From: an uncultured Gammaproteobacteria bacterium
GTDB lineage: Bacteria > Patescibacteriota > Patescibacteriia > Patescibacteriales > UBA12465
DNA length: 45,431 nt
Direction: 5' to 3'
Assembly: GCA_964609365.1 (NCBI GenBank)
Contig: CAZSRC010000002.1
Coordinates: 1-45,431, forward strand
Part shown: in pieces, positions 25,912 to 34,768 of the stretch
How the letters are laid out: every line of letters begins with the position of its first letter
Numbering within the stretch: the first letter of the stretch is position 1
Notes under the pieces: generated by a model
What the model saw: the letters and a program-made list of their open reading frames with translations, nothing else
The model's database searches: none
What the model was told of the DNA's origin: nothing
Made by a program: the position numbers and the translations under genes

Positions 25912-26637
25912 ATGAAAGGAATTATTTTATCTGGAGGTAGTGCTACTAGGTTAAGACCTTGTACCAAGGTAACCTCAAAGCAATTATTGCCGGTATATAA
26001 CAGGCCAATGATTTATTATCCATTAAATACTTTAATAAAGGCAGGCATTAAAGATATTTTAATTATAGTATCACCAGAACAAGCCGGTCATTATTTAAAT
26101 TTATTAGGAAGCGGAAGAGATTTTGGTGTTAAATTTACTTATGAAATACAAGATAAGCCAGAGGGACTAGCTCAATCTTTTATTATTGGAAAAAACTTTA
26201 TTGATAAAGATAGTGTTTGCATGATTTTGGGTGATAATATTTTTGAAGATGATTTTTCTGTTGATATTAAAAATTTTTCTGGTGGAGCTAAAGTTTTTGC
26301 TAAAGAGGTTCCAGATCCAGAAAGATTTGGAGTTGTAGAGTTTGATGAAAATAATAGAGCTATCTCTATTGAAGAGAAACCAGAGAAGCCTAAATCAAAT
26401 TATTGTGTTACTGGCTTATATGTTTATGATAATAAGGTTGTTGATATTGCCCAAAATTTGAAACCATCTTCTAGAGGAGAACTTGAAATAACAGATGTTA
26501 ATAGAGTTTATCTAGAGCAAGGAGAACTAGATGTTGCTATGGTTAATGGGGCTTGGGTTGATGCTGGAACTTTTGATAGTTTACTAGAGGCGCAAATATT
26601 GGCCAAGGAAAAACTTCAAAGTAAAATGGTTATTTAA
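25912..26637 (+). CDS. rfbA: Glucose-1-phosphate thymidylyltransferase (short form)
   Basis: [36 protein letters not shown] and LGDNIF motifs. 241 aa. Confidence 0.85.
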   Translation: MKGIILSGGSATRLRPCTKVTSKQLLPVYNRPMIYYPLNTLIKAGIKDILIIVSPEQAGHYLNLLGSGRDFGVKFTYEIQDKPEGLAQSFIIGKNFIDKDSVCMILGDNIFEDDFSVDIKNFSGGAKVFAKEVPDPERFGVVEFDENNRAISIEEKPEKPKSNYCVTGLYVYDNKVVDIAQNLKPSSRGELEITDVNRVYLEQGELDVAMVNGAWVDAGTFDSLLEAQILAKEKLQSKMVI

Positions 26638-26644
26638 TAAATTT

Positions 26645-27928
26645 ATGAAAAATATTAAAATATCAAATCAAGAGTTAAAAGGATTTAAGGATTGGTATCC
26701 AGAGGAAATGCTACTTAGATCTTATATATTTAGTAAGTGGAGAGAGGTTTGCTTGTCTTATGGTTTTTCTGAGTATTTAGGTCCTTTGTTAGAAAATGCT
26801 AATATTTATAGAGCTAAGTCAGGAGAAGATATAGGTGGAAAAGAGTTAATGGTTTTTGTTGATCAGGGATCTAGAGAACTAGCAATAAGGCCGGAAATGA
26901 CCCCAAGTGTTGTTAGAATGGTTTCTAAAATTTATCAATCCTCAGTAAAACCATTAAAGCTGTTTTCAATTGCTAATTTTATTAGAAATGAAAAACCTCA
27001 AAGAGGTAGAAACAGAGAGTTTTGGCAATTAAACTGTGATGTTTTTGGAGATAAAAATAATTTTTCAGATTTAGAGATTTTACAGATGAGTATTGATATA
27101 ATGCTGGCCTTTAATCCTCCCAAAGATTCTTTTATTTTAAAAATAAATCACCGAGAGTTAATTGATTATATTTTTTCTTGGGCAAAACTAAATAAGGATC
27201 AGTCCTTGCTATGTATGCGATTAATGGACAAATATAATAAAATAGCTAAAAAAGATTTTATTAATAAGTTAAAAGAAATTTCTCTAAAAGATAATCAAAT
27301 TGAAATTATTTTAAAGTATATTAATTCTAATAGTTTAAAGTCTTTAACGGAAAATATTCCAGGAATTGAAAAATCTCAATCATTTGAGTTCTTGTCAGAA
27401 ATTTTTGATAATTTAAATTCCTTAGGCTATGGTCAATATATTGAGTTTTCTCCAGATATTATAAGGGGTTTTGATTATTATGATGCTTTAGTTTTTGAAT
27501 TATTTGATAAACATCCTGATAATAATAGGGCTATGTTTGGTGGTGGAAGATATAATGGCCTAGCTAATATTTTTGGATCAGAAAGTTTTCCAGCAATCGG
27601 TTTTGCTCCCGGTGATGAAACTTTTAAATTATTTTTAGAGTCTTGGAAAATTTTACCAAAATTTAATATTAAAAAAGATTTTTATTTTTTCCCAATATTA
27701 GATGAGTCTTTGAAAAAAGAAAGCTTAATATTAGCAAATAAATTAAGAAAAGAAGGGAAAAAAGTTGAACTATCTTTTAATGTTCAAAAAATTTCAAAAT
27801 CCCTAGATTACGCTAATAAAAATGGTTTTTCTTATGTTGTTATTTTTGCTGAAGAAGAATTTAAAAATAAGCAATATAAAATTAAGGATATGCTTAGTGG
27901 TGAGGAGAATTTATTTCAGTTAATATAA
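26645..27928 (+). CDS. hisS: Histidyl-tRNA synthetase
   Basis: Class II motifs LRPEMTPSVVRMV and RNEKPQRGRNREFWQ, the HisA/HisB-like FGGGRYNGL, and a C-terminal anticodon-binding domain. Confidence 0.88.
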   Translation: MKNIKISNQELKGFKDWYPEEMLLRSYIFSKWREVCLSYGFSEYLGPLLENANIYRAKSGEDIGGKELMVFVDQGSRELAIRPEMTPSVVRMVSKIYQSSVKPLKLFSIANFIRNEKPQRGRNREFWQLNCDVFGDKNNFSDLEILQMSIDIMLAFNPPKDSFILKINHRELIDYIFSWAKLNKDQSLLCMRLMDKYNKIAKKDFINKLKEISLKDNQIEIILKYINSNSLKSLTENIPGIEKSQSFEFLSEIFDNLNSLGYGQYIEFSPDIIRGFDYYDALVFELFDKHPDNNRAMFGGGRYNGLANIFGSESFPAIGFAPGDETFKLFLESWKILPKFNIKKDFYFFPILDESLKKESLILANKLRKEGKKVELSFNVQKISKSLDYANKNGFSYVVIFAEEEFKNKQYKIKDMLSGEENLFQLI

Positions 27929-27940
27929 AGTCTATATTTT

Positions 27941-27968
27941 AAAAGGACCTTTAATAGGTCCTTTTTTT
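27941..27968. terminator. Shared terminator hairpin between convergent hisS and the minus-strand operon
   Basis: AAAAGGACC (27941-27949) pairs with GGTCCTTTT (27957-27965) around a 7-nt loop. The T-run on the plus strand is long. The equivalent U-tract on the minus strand is shorter. Confidence 0.7.
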
Positions 27969-27969
27969 G

Positions 27970-28251
27970 TTAATTTTCGATTGGAATTTCCTTAATCCTA
28001 ACTTTGCTAGAATCATTTTTACATGATGGGCAGAATTCGGTTTCGATGTAGTATTTATCCCATTTACCACTTTTATGTCTATTTTTTTCTAGCTCCTCCT
28101 CGCTTAATAAAAGCATCATTGAGCAAGTTGTTTCAAAATCTACAATGGTAATTTGTCCGCAAGTACAAACTGAATAATTCGAACCTTCTTCGGGAACCCT
28201 TTCATTTAATTTTTTAATGATTTCCTTTGTTAGATAACTTTTTTCTTCCAT
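27970..28251 (-). CDS. Hypothetical 93-aa Cys-rich (possible zinc-ribbon) protein
   Basis: CxC at aa 29/31, C43, and CPSC at aa 74-77. It is preceded by AAGGAGA (28258-28264), 6 nt from the ATG. That is the only canonical SD I found before any gene here apart from htpX. I recognise no family. Confidence 0.6.
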   Translation of the reverse strand: MEEKSYLTKEIIKKLNERVPEEGSNYSVCTCGQITIVDFETTCSMMLLLSEEELEKNRHKSGKWDKYYIETEFCPSCKNDSSKVRIKEIPIEN

Positions 28252-28266
28252 TACGTATCTCCTTTT

Positions 28267-29034
28267 TTAGTTTTTGTTATTTTTTATTTTTTCCTTTATT
28301 AAATTAATTATTTTTATAGCTGAATCATTTATTAAATCTTTATTATTTTTTTCTGATCTATTGTATTTTTCAGTTTCTGAATATATAACCAAATCAGTTA
28401 GCGAGCTTCCACCTGCTAAATGTCTATCTTCTTCTTGTTTCATTTTTCCCTCCCTAGAATTTCTTGTTACATCAATACATATTCTAATTTTTTTATTTCT
28501 ACCTTTTTCATCTTTGTATCTAAAATTAAAAAAAGCATCAACACCCTTAAAATCTAAATGAGAATCAACTGCTGTATAATATTCTAAGTCTTCGTAGCTT
28601 ATGCCCATTTCTCTAACTATTGTTGCATGAAGGTCATCGGCAAAATTTGTTACTGGCTCATTAGGGTCGGAGTTTTTGGGTTGACTCTTCTCAATTATTT
28701 TAAATTGCTCCTCGACATCTAATTCATTCAAAAATTTATGCCTATTTTTTAAAATCCTTTCTTCTATAAATTTTTTGATATCCCCAACCTGTTCTTCTCT
28801 TAACTCTTCATATCTTTCAGGGCTTCTTCTTTTGTATTCCAAAAGCAATCCAATAGCATCCTTTTTTTGCCTAAATTCGGGATACTTTTTAATAATAAAT
28901 AAATCTGCTAGCTTTTCTTCTAGATTTTTTACGTATTTTTTATCATCAATCTTTGATAGAAAGTTTTTTTCCATTAATTTTCCAGTACTTTCATCAAAAG
29001 TTTTTGTAATAAAATTATTTTCAAAATTATTCAT
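28267..29034 (-). CDS. Hypothetical 255-aa highly charged cytoplasmic protein
   Basis: Long ORF co-directional with the upstream GT4 genes. No TM helix or signal peptide. The N-terminal half looks helical and K/E/R-rich. The C-terminal half has a beta-rich pattern (YYTAVDSHLDFKGVDAFFNF...KIRICIDVTRN). I recognise no family. Confidence 0.6.
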   Translation of the reverse strand: MNNFENNFITKTFDESTGKLMEKNFLSKIDDKKYVKNLEEKLADLFIIKKYPEFRQKKDAIGLLLEYKRRSPERYEELREEQVGDIKKFIEERILKNRHKFLNELDVEEQFKIIEKSQPKNSDPNEPVTNFADDLHATIVREMGISYEDLEYYTAVDSHLDFKGVDAFFNFRYKDEKGRNKKIRICIDVTRNSREGKMKQEEDRHLAGGSSLTDLVIYSETEKYNRSEKNNKDLINDSAIKIINLIKEKIKNNKN

Positions 29035-29066
29035 ATTTTTTTATTATTTAATAAATTCTATAATAA

Positions 29067-30152
29067 TTATTTAATTTTGTCAATAGCTGTTAAATTTTCT
29101 GTAATTAATTTTATTTTTTCAATAAGATCTTTTTCGTTTTTAGCTTCAAATAAAATTTCTTGCTCTTTTGTTAAAAGCTCGGGAATACCCCCTATATTAG
29201 AGGCAATTATAGGTAGGTCAAAATATTTCGCCTCGTAAATCACGGTGGGAGAATTTTCATAACAAAGTGATGGAACTATCAAGCAATCAGCATTGGCCAG
29301 TTCTTGTGCTATTTCTTCTTTATTTTTTAGGCCTAAAATTTTAATACGTTCATCATTTTTGCTTATTAATTTTAACTTCTCTATTAATTTACCAGTACCT
29401 ATGATTTTGAGATTAATTTTTTCATTTTTAATTTTTTTAAAACTTTCTATTAAAAAAATTACTCCTTTATGTTCTTCGAGTTGCCCGATAAATAGAAAAT
29501 CTTTTATCTCTTTATTTTCATTTCTAATAACTTTTTTTTTCTCTCCAAATGGCTGAGGGTTAGCTTGAATTATTTTTTCACTATTTTGAAAAAATCTCTT
29601 TTTAATATGTTCTTGTAGCAACCAATTAGAAGGGGAGATAATTTTATCAGGCGATCCGGAAAGGTGGCGACTAATTTTTTGATAAATTTTAGCTATAAGA
29701 GTTTCGATAATTTTTTCTTGGCCAAATATTATTAATCCAGAGGGATGAATTAATTGAATATCATGCAAAACATGCGTATGCTTGATACTCATTTTTTTAA
29801 TAATTTTAAAAGTTTTAAGACCGATACCCATTAAATTATTAGAAATAATTAAATCCGGCTTTTCTATTTCTAATATTTTTTTGAGTTGACGACCTCGTCC
29901 AAAGTTAAAAATATTTCCTATTTGCCAGAAAAATCTGCAGAGGATTGATTTCTGACCCAGATTGTAATAATTAGAATTTAGATAATATGTTTTTGGATTT
30001 TTATTAATTTTAGTTTCATTTTTTGGTTTTGTAGTAATAACAAAGCAAAAATTACCATCCTTTTCTAGTTGGTTTATAATGTTTTCACAGACCTTTTCGG
30101 CCCCACCTTTATTGTATGGTTTATATAGATTGTTGATTATTCCAATTTTCAT
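29067..30152 (-). CDS. Glycosyltransferase family 4
   Basis: The N-terminus MKIGIINNLYKPYNKGGAE parallels the neighbouring GT4 (MKIAQVVCVYPPYAGGIG). The C-terminal region is YENSPTVIYEAKYFDLPIIASNIGGIPE. I prefer ATG 30152 to the ORF-track start at 30188, which lies inside a GC-rich hairpin. Confidence 0.8.
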   Translation of the reverse strand: MKIGIINNLYKPYNKGGAEKVCENIINQLEKDGNFCFVITTKPKNETKINKNPKTYYLNSNYYNLGQKSILCRFFWQIGNIFNFGRGRQLKKILEIEKPDLIISNNLMGIGLKTFKIIKKMSIKHTHVLHDIQLIHPSGLIIFGQEKIIETLIAKIYQKISRHLSGSPDKIISPSNWLLQEHIKKRFFQNSEKIIQANPQPFGEKKKVIRNENKEIKDFLFIGQLEEHKGVIFLIESFKKIKNEKINLKIIGTGKLIEKLKLISKNDERIKILGLKNKEEIAQELANADCLIVPSLCYENSPTVIYEAKYFDLPIIASNIGGIPELLTKEQEILFEAKNEKDLIEKIKLITENLTAIDKIK

Positions 30153-30165
30153 AATTTCATTGTGC

Positions 30166-30236
30166 CACTTTTTTTGCGTGCCCGCCATAGTCGCATGCCG
30201 TAGGTTATCTGCGACGTAGGAGGGTTGAAAAAAGTG
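30166..30236 (-). other. 71-nt GC-rich imperfect rod hairpin in the spacer between two GT4 genes
   Basis: On the plus strand there are three stems. The outer stem is CACTTTTTT (30166-30174) with AAAAAAGTG (30228-30236). The middle stem is CCCGCC (30181-30186) with GGAGGG (30219-30224), with 1 mismatch. The inner stem is GTCGCA (30190-30195) with TGCGAC (30210-30215). The terminal loop is 14 nt. The core is far more GC-rich than any other spacer in the window. Confidence 0.6.
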
Positions 30237-30292
30237 TTATAAAAATGATTAATATAAAAAATTATTTTGCTAGGTTTTTTTATTTTATTTTT

Positions 30293-31390
30293 TTAAAATA
30301 TCTCTAAAACCTTTTCATCTATTATTTCTTCACTGTATTTTTCTAATACTAATTTATGAGCCTCAGTGCTCATATTTTTTTGCTTTTCTTTGTCTTGTAA
30401 AATTAACTTAATTTTATTTTTTAAATCCTCTATATTTTTTGGCTCTACCAATAATCCTGACTTTTCATTTTCAAAAACAGATCTAACCCCAGGTAAATCA
30501 GAGGCAATAACTGGAGTTCCGCAGGCCATAGCTTCTATTAACACAATACCAAAAGCTTCATTGCTATTAATGGATGGCAAAATTAAAACCTTGGCTTGTT
30601 GAAAATTTTTTATAAAACTTTCTCTATCTGGTCGGCCTAGAAATTTTATTTTATTTTGAATACCCAAATCTCGACTTAAATTTTTAAATTCATTTTTTAA
30701 TTCACCCTCACCAATAATTCTTAATTCTAACTCAATATCCTTTATTTCTTTTATTGCTTTAATTAAAATATCAACTCCCTTAAAATAATGAGCCCTATCT
30801 AGTCCTCCAACAAATAATATTATATTTTCTTTTTTATCTATTTTTAGCGGTTTGAATTCATTGGTATCAACTGAAAAAGGGATTTCTTTAAATTTATTTG
30901 GATATTTATTATAGATATTTTTTATTTGACTATTCTTGATATAGTCTAATGAAGCGCTAATAATAATCTCACTTTTTCTAAATAATGATTTTTTAATAAT
31001 TTCTTCGGGCCAGCTTAATATTTTAAATAAAATATTTTTATGATGAACATCCATATGATAATGAATTATTAATCTTATTTTCGGGTGTAAAATTTTAAAT
31101 AACCAAATTATTATTCCAGTTCCAAAAAAGGGGTAATGAAAATAAATAACATCAAAGCCTTTCAATTTTTTTAGCAGGGAGACCAAAATTGACCCATGAC
31201 CTAATTTTAGAAATGGCCTTAATCTAATTATATTATTTTTATTATCATCTTCTACTATTCCATGCTTGTCTCTAGTTGTAAAAACATGACTATCGTATTT
31301 AATTGATAAAGTTTTTTGTAATTTGAAGGCAGAGGTGCCAATACCTCCTGCATAGGGCGGATAGACACAAACTACTTGGGCAATTTTCAT
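30293..31390 (-). CDS. Glycosyltransferase family 4
   Basis: N-terminal MKIAQVVCVYPPYAGGIG. C-terminal NEAFGIVLIEAMACGTPVIASDLPGVRSV. 365 aa. Confidence 0.85.
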   Translation of the reverse strand: MKIAQVVCVYPPYAGGIGTSAFKLQKTLSIKYDSHVFTTRDKHGIVEDDNKNNIIRLRPFLKLGHGSILVSLLKKLKGFDVIYFHYPFFGTGIIIWLFKILHPKIRLIIHYHMDVHHKNILFKILSWPEEIIKKSLFRKSEIIISASLDYIKNSQIKNIYNKYPNKFKEIPFSVDTNEFKPLKIDKKENIILFVGGLDRAHYFKGVDILIKAIKEIKDIELELRIIGEGELKNEFKNLSRDLGIQNKIKFLGRPDRESFIKNFQQAKVLILPSINSNEAFGIVLIEAMACGTPVIASDLPGVRSVFENEKSGLLVEPKNIEDLKNKIKLILQDKEKQKNMSTEAHKLVLEKYSEEIIDEKVLEIF

Positions 31391-31419
31391 ATATTTGTAT
31401 TTTTTGCTATATTATAGAT

Positions 31420-33396
31420 ATGAGTTTTATTACTTTTTTAAATTATTTTAGGAAAAATTTTCTTTTGATTTTTCTTTTATTTTTATCACTGATTATCAAC
31501 ATCGGTTCGGTTTGTTATTATTTTTATAAGTTTAATAACCTAATTCTAATAATTACCTCGATTTTAGCACTATTTTTAACCTATATCTTTATATATTTTA
31601 GCATTTCTAAAGGCAATCAACAAGGTTTAATACATAGAGAGGGAGTGGATTCTGTCGTTAATGGTAAATTCCCCAAGATATTATTAAAGGTGATTTTACC
31701 TCTAATAACCCTAACATTATTTTTCATTATATTTCAAATATTATTTAGATCCGGAAGTCTCTCGGCTGTTGCCTCGCCTTGGCACTTTTTACCTATTTAT
31801 TTTTGGATTTTTCTATGGTTTTTAATAATAACTCTATTTATAAATTTTTATTTAAAAAATAAATGGTCATATTTATTTATAGTCATGTTGTATTTTTTAT
31901 TTTTTTCCATTTCATTTTTTATTTATAAAATTGCCTTTGGTTATGATCAATTACTTCACCAACGCGCCCTAGGCGATATTTCACAGTTTGGATTTATAGA
32001 GCCTAAAACTATTTATTACTTGGGTCAATATATTTTGGAATTATTTATTTTAAAAATTTGGCCCTTTTCTTTAGAAATTCTAGATAAATTGATAGTCCCA
32101 TTTTTATCAGCTTTATTAATTCCAATAACTCTTATTTTTAATTTTAAAAAAAGAGGTTTTAATAAAATTATTTGGCCATTATTATTGTTTTTAATTTTAT
32201 CATTTTCAATTTTTACTTATACGGTTCCACAAAATTTGGCTTTTTTGTTTTTAGTTATTTTACTAATTTTTTCCTTTAATAAGAATTTTATCCAAAATAA
32301 ATTTAATTTTTTATTTTTATTTTCTTTAGCATTTTCTATATTTTTAATTCATCCCATAGCTGGAGTTCCGGCAATTATTTTTACCTTTATTTTACTTATT
32401 GACAACATTATTAAAAATAATGGAGGTTTACTGAAAATAGGGAAGTGGAGCTTAAAAGTTAATTATAAATTGCTAAATGCTTTAAAATATTTAGCTTATT
32501 TGGACCAAATTATAATTCTACCAATACTTCTACTATTTTCCGGTGGTCAATTTTCACTGCCTAATATTAATTTTTCTAATTGGTCTATAAAATTACTTGG
32601 CCAAGAGAATGTTATTTTAAATTTTATTTATTTTTTTGGCTTCAATAAAAATTTATGGTTATCACTTCTTTTTATTTTAGCTACAATTTTTGTTTTTAAA
32701 TACAAGCGCCAAGATTTAAAAATTTTTTACTTTAATGCTATTGCCTTAATATTTTCATATTTTTTGAGCTTATTTATAGATTTTCTATTTTTAAGTCAAA
32801 TAGATAAGGGTAGTTATGCTAATAGAATTTTAATTCTTTCTATTTTATTTCTAATTCCAGTTTTTTATGAAATTTTTATTTGTTTAATTAAAAAAATAAA
32901 ATCAGAGAAAATATTTTTTAAAATTATTATTTTAATATTTTTATCTGCCTTACTCTTAATTTCTTTATATTTAAATTATCCTCGTAAAGATAATTATTTT
33001 AATTCACGCTCCTTTTCAGTTTCATCTTCTGATTTTAATACTGTAAGATTTATTGAAAGCATTAAGGAGAATGACAATTATATTGTTTTAGCCAATCAAC
33101 AAGTTGGAGCAAGCGCCATAAAAGAATATGGCTTTAAAAGATATTACGACAGTTGGTTTTATTATTCAGTTCAGACAGGTGGTTTATTATATGATTACTA
33201 TTTAAAGATGCTTGATGATCCTAAACGTGAATTAGCTCTAGAATTGATGACCAAACTTGGAGCTGATGGTGCTTATTTTGTAATCAATGATTATTGGTGG
33301 GGCTTTACTAAAATAGCAGAAGAGGCTAGAGTAGAAGCTGACCTAGTTTATAGTGTGGACAATGACAGGGTCATAATTTTTTATTTTAAATTTTAA
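31420..33396 (+). CDS. Large polytopic membrane protein with a C-terminal soluble domain (possible GT-C-type glycosyltransferase or polysaccharide polymerase)
   Basis: About 520 aa of closely spaced hydrophobic helices, then a roughly 130-aa hydrophilic domain (NSRSFSVSSSDFNTVRF...DYWWGF...). It is divergent from the GT4 operon. The function is inferred only from topology and neighbourhood. Confidence 0.5.
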   Translation: MSFITFLNYFRKNFLLIFLLFLSLIINIGSVCYYFYKFNNLILIITSILALFLTYIFIYFSISKGNQQGLIHREGVDSVVNGKFPKILLKVILPLITLTLFFIIFQILFRSGSLSAVASPWHFLPIYFWIFLWFLIITLFINFYLKNKWSYLFIVMLYFLFFSISFFIYKIAFGYDQLLHQRALGDISQFGFIEPKTIYYLGQYILELFILKIWPFSLEILDKLIVPFLSALLIPITLIFNFKKRGFNKIIWPLLLFLILSFSIFTYTVPQNLAFLFLVILLIFSFNKNFIQNKFNFLFLFSLAFSIFLIHPIAGVPAIIFTFILLIDNIIKNNGGLLKIGKWSLKVNYKLLNALKYLAYLDQIIILPILLLFSGGQFSLPNINFSNWSIKLLGQENVILNFIYFFGFNKNLWLSLLFILATIFVFKYKRQDLKIFYFNAIALIFSYFLSLFIDFLFLSQIDKGSYANRILILSILFLIPVFYEIFICLIKKIKSEKIFFKIIILIFLSALLLISLYLNYPRKDNYFNSRSFSVSSSDFNTVRFIESIKENDNYIVLANQQVGASAIKEYGFKRYYDSWFYYSVQTGGLLYDYYLKMLDDPKRELALELMTKLGADGAYFVINDYWWGFTKIAEEARVEADLVYSVDNDRVIIFYFKF

Positions 33397-33406
33397 CTTA
33401 TATTTT

Positions 33407-34762
33407 ATGCAAAAAAATAATGAAAAGAGTTCAATATCCAAGGGCTTTAATGGTCTTGGTATTGATAGTAGAATTTTAGCTATTTTAGAAAAAGATGGAA
33501 TAACAGAGCCAACCTTAATACAGCAAAAATCAATTCCTTCCGCTATCAATGGGCATGATTTAATGGGTGTTGCTCAAACAGGAACAGGTAAAACTTTTGC
33601 TTTTGGCATTCCTCTTGTTCAAAATTTATTAAAATCTAAGGGCAAGGCCTTGGTCTTACTTCCTACTAGAGAATTAGCTAGTCAAGTTGAGGAAAATCTA
33701 AAAAAAATTGCCTGGACCTTGGGAATGAAAACTATTTCAATTATTGGAGGAGAGGCTTTTAATAAGCAATTGTTTGCTTTAAAAAGAAATCCAAATATTA
33801 TAGTTGCCACCCCGGGAAGATTATTGGATCATATTAGAAGAAGAACAATAAGAATTGACGATGTCTCAGTTTTAGTTTTAGATGAGGCTGATATGATGTT
33901 TGATATGGGCTTTGCTCCACAAATTGAAGAATTAATAAAATTAACTCCAGTTAGTAGACAGACTTTATTATTTTCAGCAACTATGCCAGCAGCTATAATA
34001 AAGTTAGCCGAAAAATATTTAAAATCTCCACTACAAATACAAGTAGCCCCATCAGGTAGCACAGCCGATCTAATTGATCAAGAAATTTATATAATCAAAT
34101 CAGAAGAAAAATTTAAAAATTTAACAAAAATATTAAATAATTATAAAAATCTTGTTTTAATTTTTGTTAGAACAAGATATGGCGCTAGTTCTTTGTGCAA
34201 GAGATTAAATGAAAATGGTTATAAGGCAGTAGAAATTCACTCTAATTTATCTTTTAATCAAAGAAGGAAGTCTCTTCAGGATTTTAAAGATGCTTCTAGT
34301 AGGGTTATGGTTGCCACTGACGTTGCTGCGAGAGGATTGGATATTAATGATATTCAATTGGTTTTAAATTATGATTTGCCTGATAATTCTGAGGACTATG
34401 TTCATCGTATTGGTAGAACGGCTAGGGCTGGGAAGGGTGGCAAGGCTATAACTTTTTGTTTAAGTAATCAGATTAGAAGTATTCAGAAGATAGAGAGATT
34501 AATAAAAAAGAATTTACCAATTCGTAAGATTGATCTAGACAGGGGAATGGCTGGGGCTGGAAATTATCAGAGAAATAGCAATAAGAGTAATAGTAATTTT
34601 ATTAGCAATAATAAGAATAAACAGAATAAATCTAAATCAAGTAATACTACTAAAAAAACAGAAGATAAAAATTTTTTTAGCAATAAAACAAGAGGAGGTT
34701 TTAATACTGGATCAAGAAATGCTCCAAAAAGATTTAAATTTTCTAAGAATAAAAATAAGTAA
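33407..34762 (+). CDS. DEAD-box ATP-dependent RNA helicase with an N/K-rich basic tail
   Basis: Q-motif region, motif I AQTGTGKT, DEAD, SAT, HRIGRTARAG. The C-terminal roughly 75 aa are low-complexity and basic. Confidence 0.92.
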   Translation: MQKNNEKSSISKGFNGLGIDSRILAILEKDGITEPTLIQQKSIPSAINGHDLMGVAQTGTGKTFAFGIPLVQNLLKSKGKALVLLPTRELASQVEENLKKIAWTLGMKTISIIGGEAFNKQLFALKRNPNIIVATPGRLLDHIRRRTIRIDDVSVLVLDEADMMFDMGFAPQIEELIKLTPVSRQTLLFSATMPAAIIKLAEKYLKSPLQIQVAPSGSTADLIDQEIYIIKSEEKFKNLTKILNNYKNLVLIFVRTRYGASSLCKRLNENGYKAVEIHSNLSFNQRRKSLQDFKDASSRVMVATDVAARGLDINDIQLVLNYDLPDNSEDYVHRIGRTARAGKGGKAITFCLSNQIRSIQKIERLIKKNLPIRKIDLDRGMAGAGNYQRNSNKSNSNFISNNKNKQNKSKSSNTTKKTEDKNFFSNKTRGGFNTGSRNAPKRFKFSKNKNK

Positions 34763-34768
34763 AATTAT

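Noticed and set aside
30153-30188. The 12-codon N-terminal extension (MAGTQKKWHNEI) of the GT4 gene as given in the ORF track.
   Set aside because: The extension lies inside the 3' half of the GC-rich hairpin. The internal start gives MKIGIINN..., which matches the N-terminus of the paralogous GT4 (MKIAQVV...).
30166-30236. The GC-rich hairpin as an SRP (4.5S) RNA, a tRNA fragment or an intrinsic terminator.
   Set aside because: It has no GNRA-capped domain IV-like symmetric or asymmetric loops, no T-loop (GTTCRA) or cloverleaf, and no U-tract on either strand. At 71 nt with a 14-nt loop it does not match these classes.
30246-30308. A 20-aa plus-strand ORF (MINIKNYFARFFYFIFLKYL) downstream of the GGAGGG in the hairpin.
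   Set aside because: The SD-like GGAGGG is about 22 nt from the ATG, which is too far. The ORF also runs antisense into the 3' end of the GT4 gene. It is most likely a chance ORF in AT-rich DNA.
34540-34762. AAT/AAA/AGT-rich repetitive stretch that resembles a tandem repeat.
   Set aside because: It is in frame within the DEAD-box helicase gene and encodes an N/K/S-rich basic tail, which is common in this family. I found no exact repeat unit.
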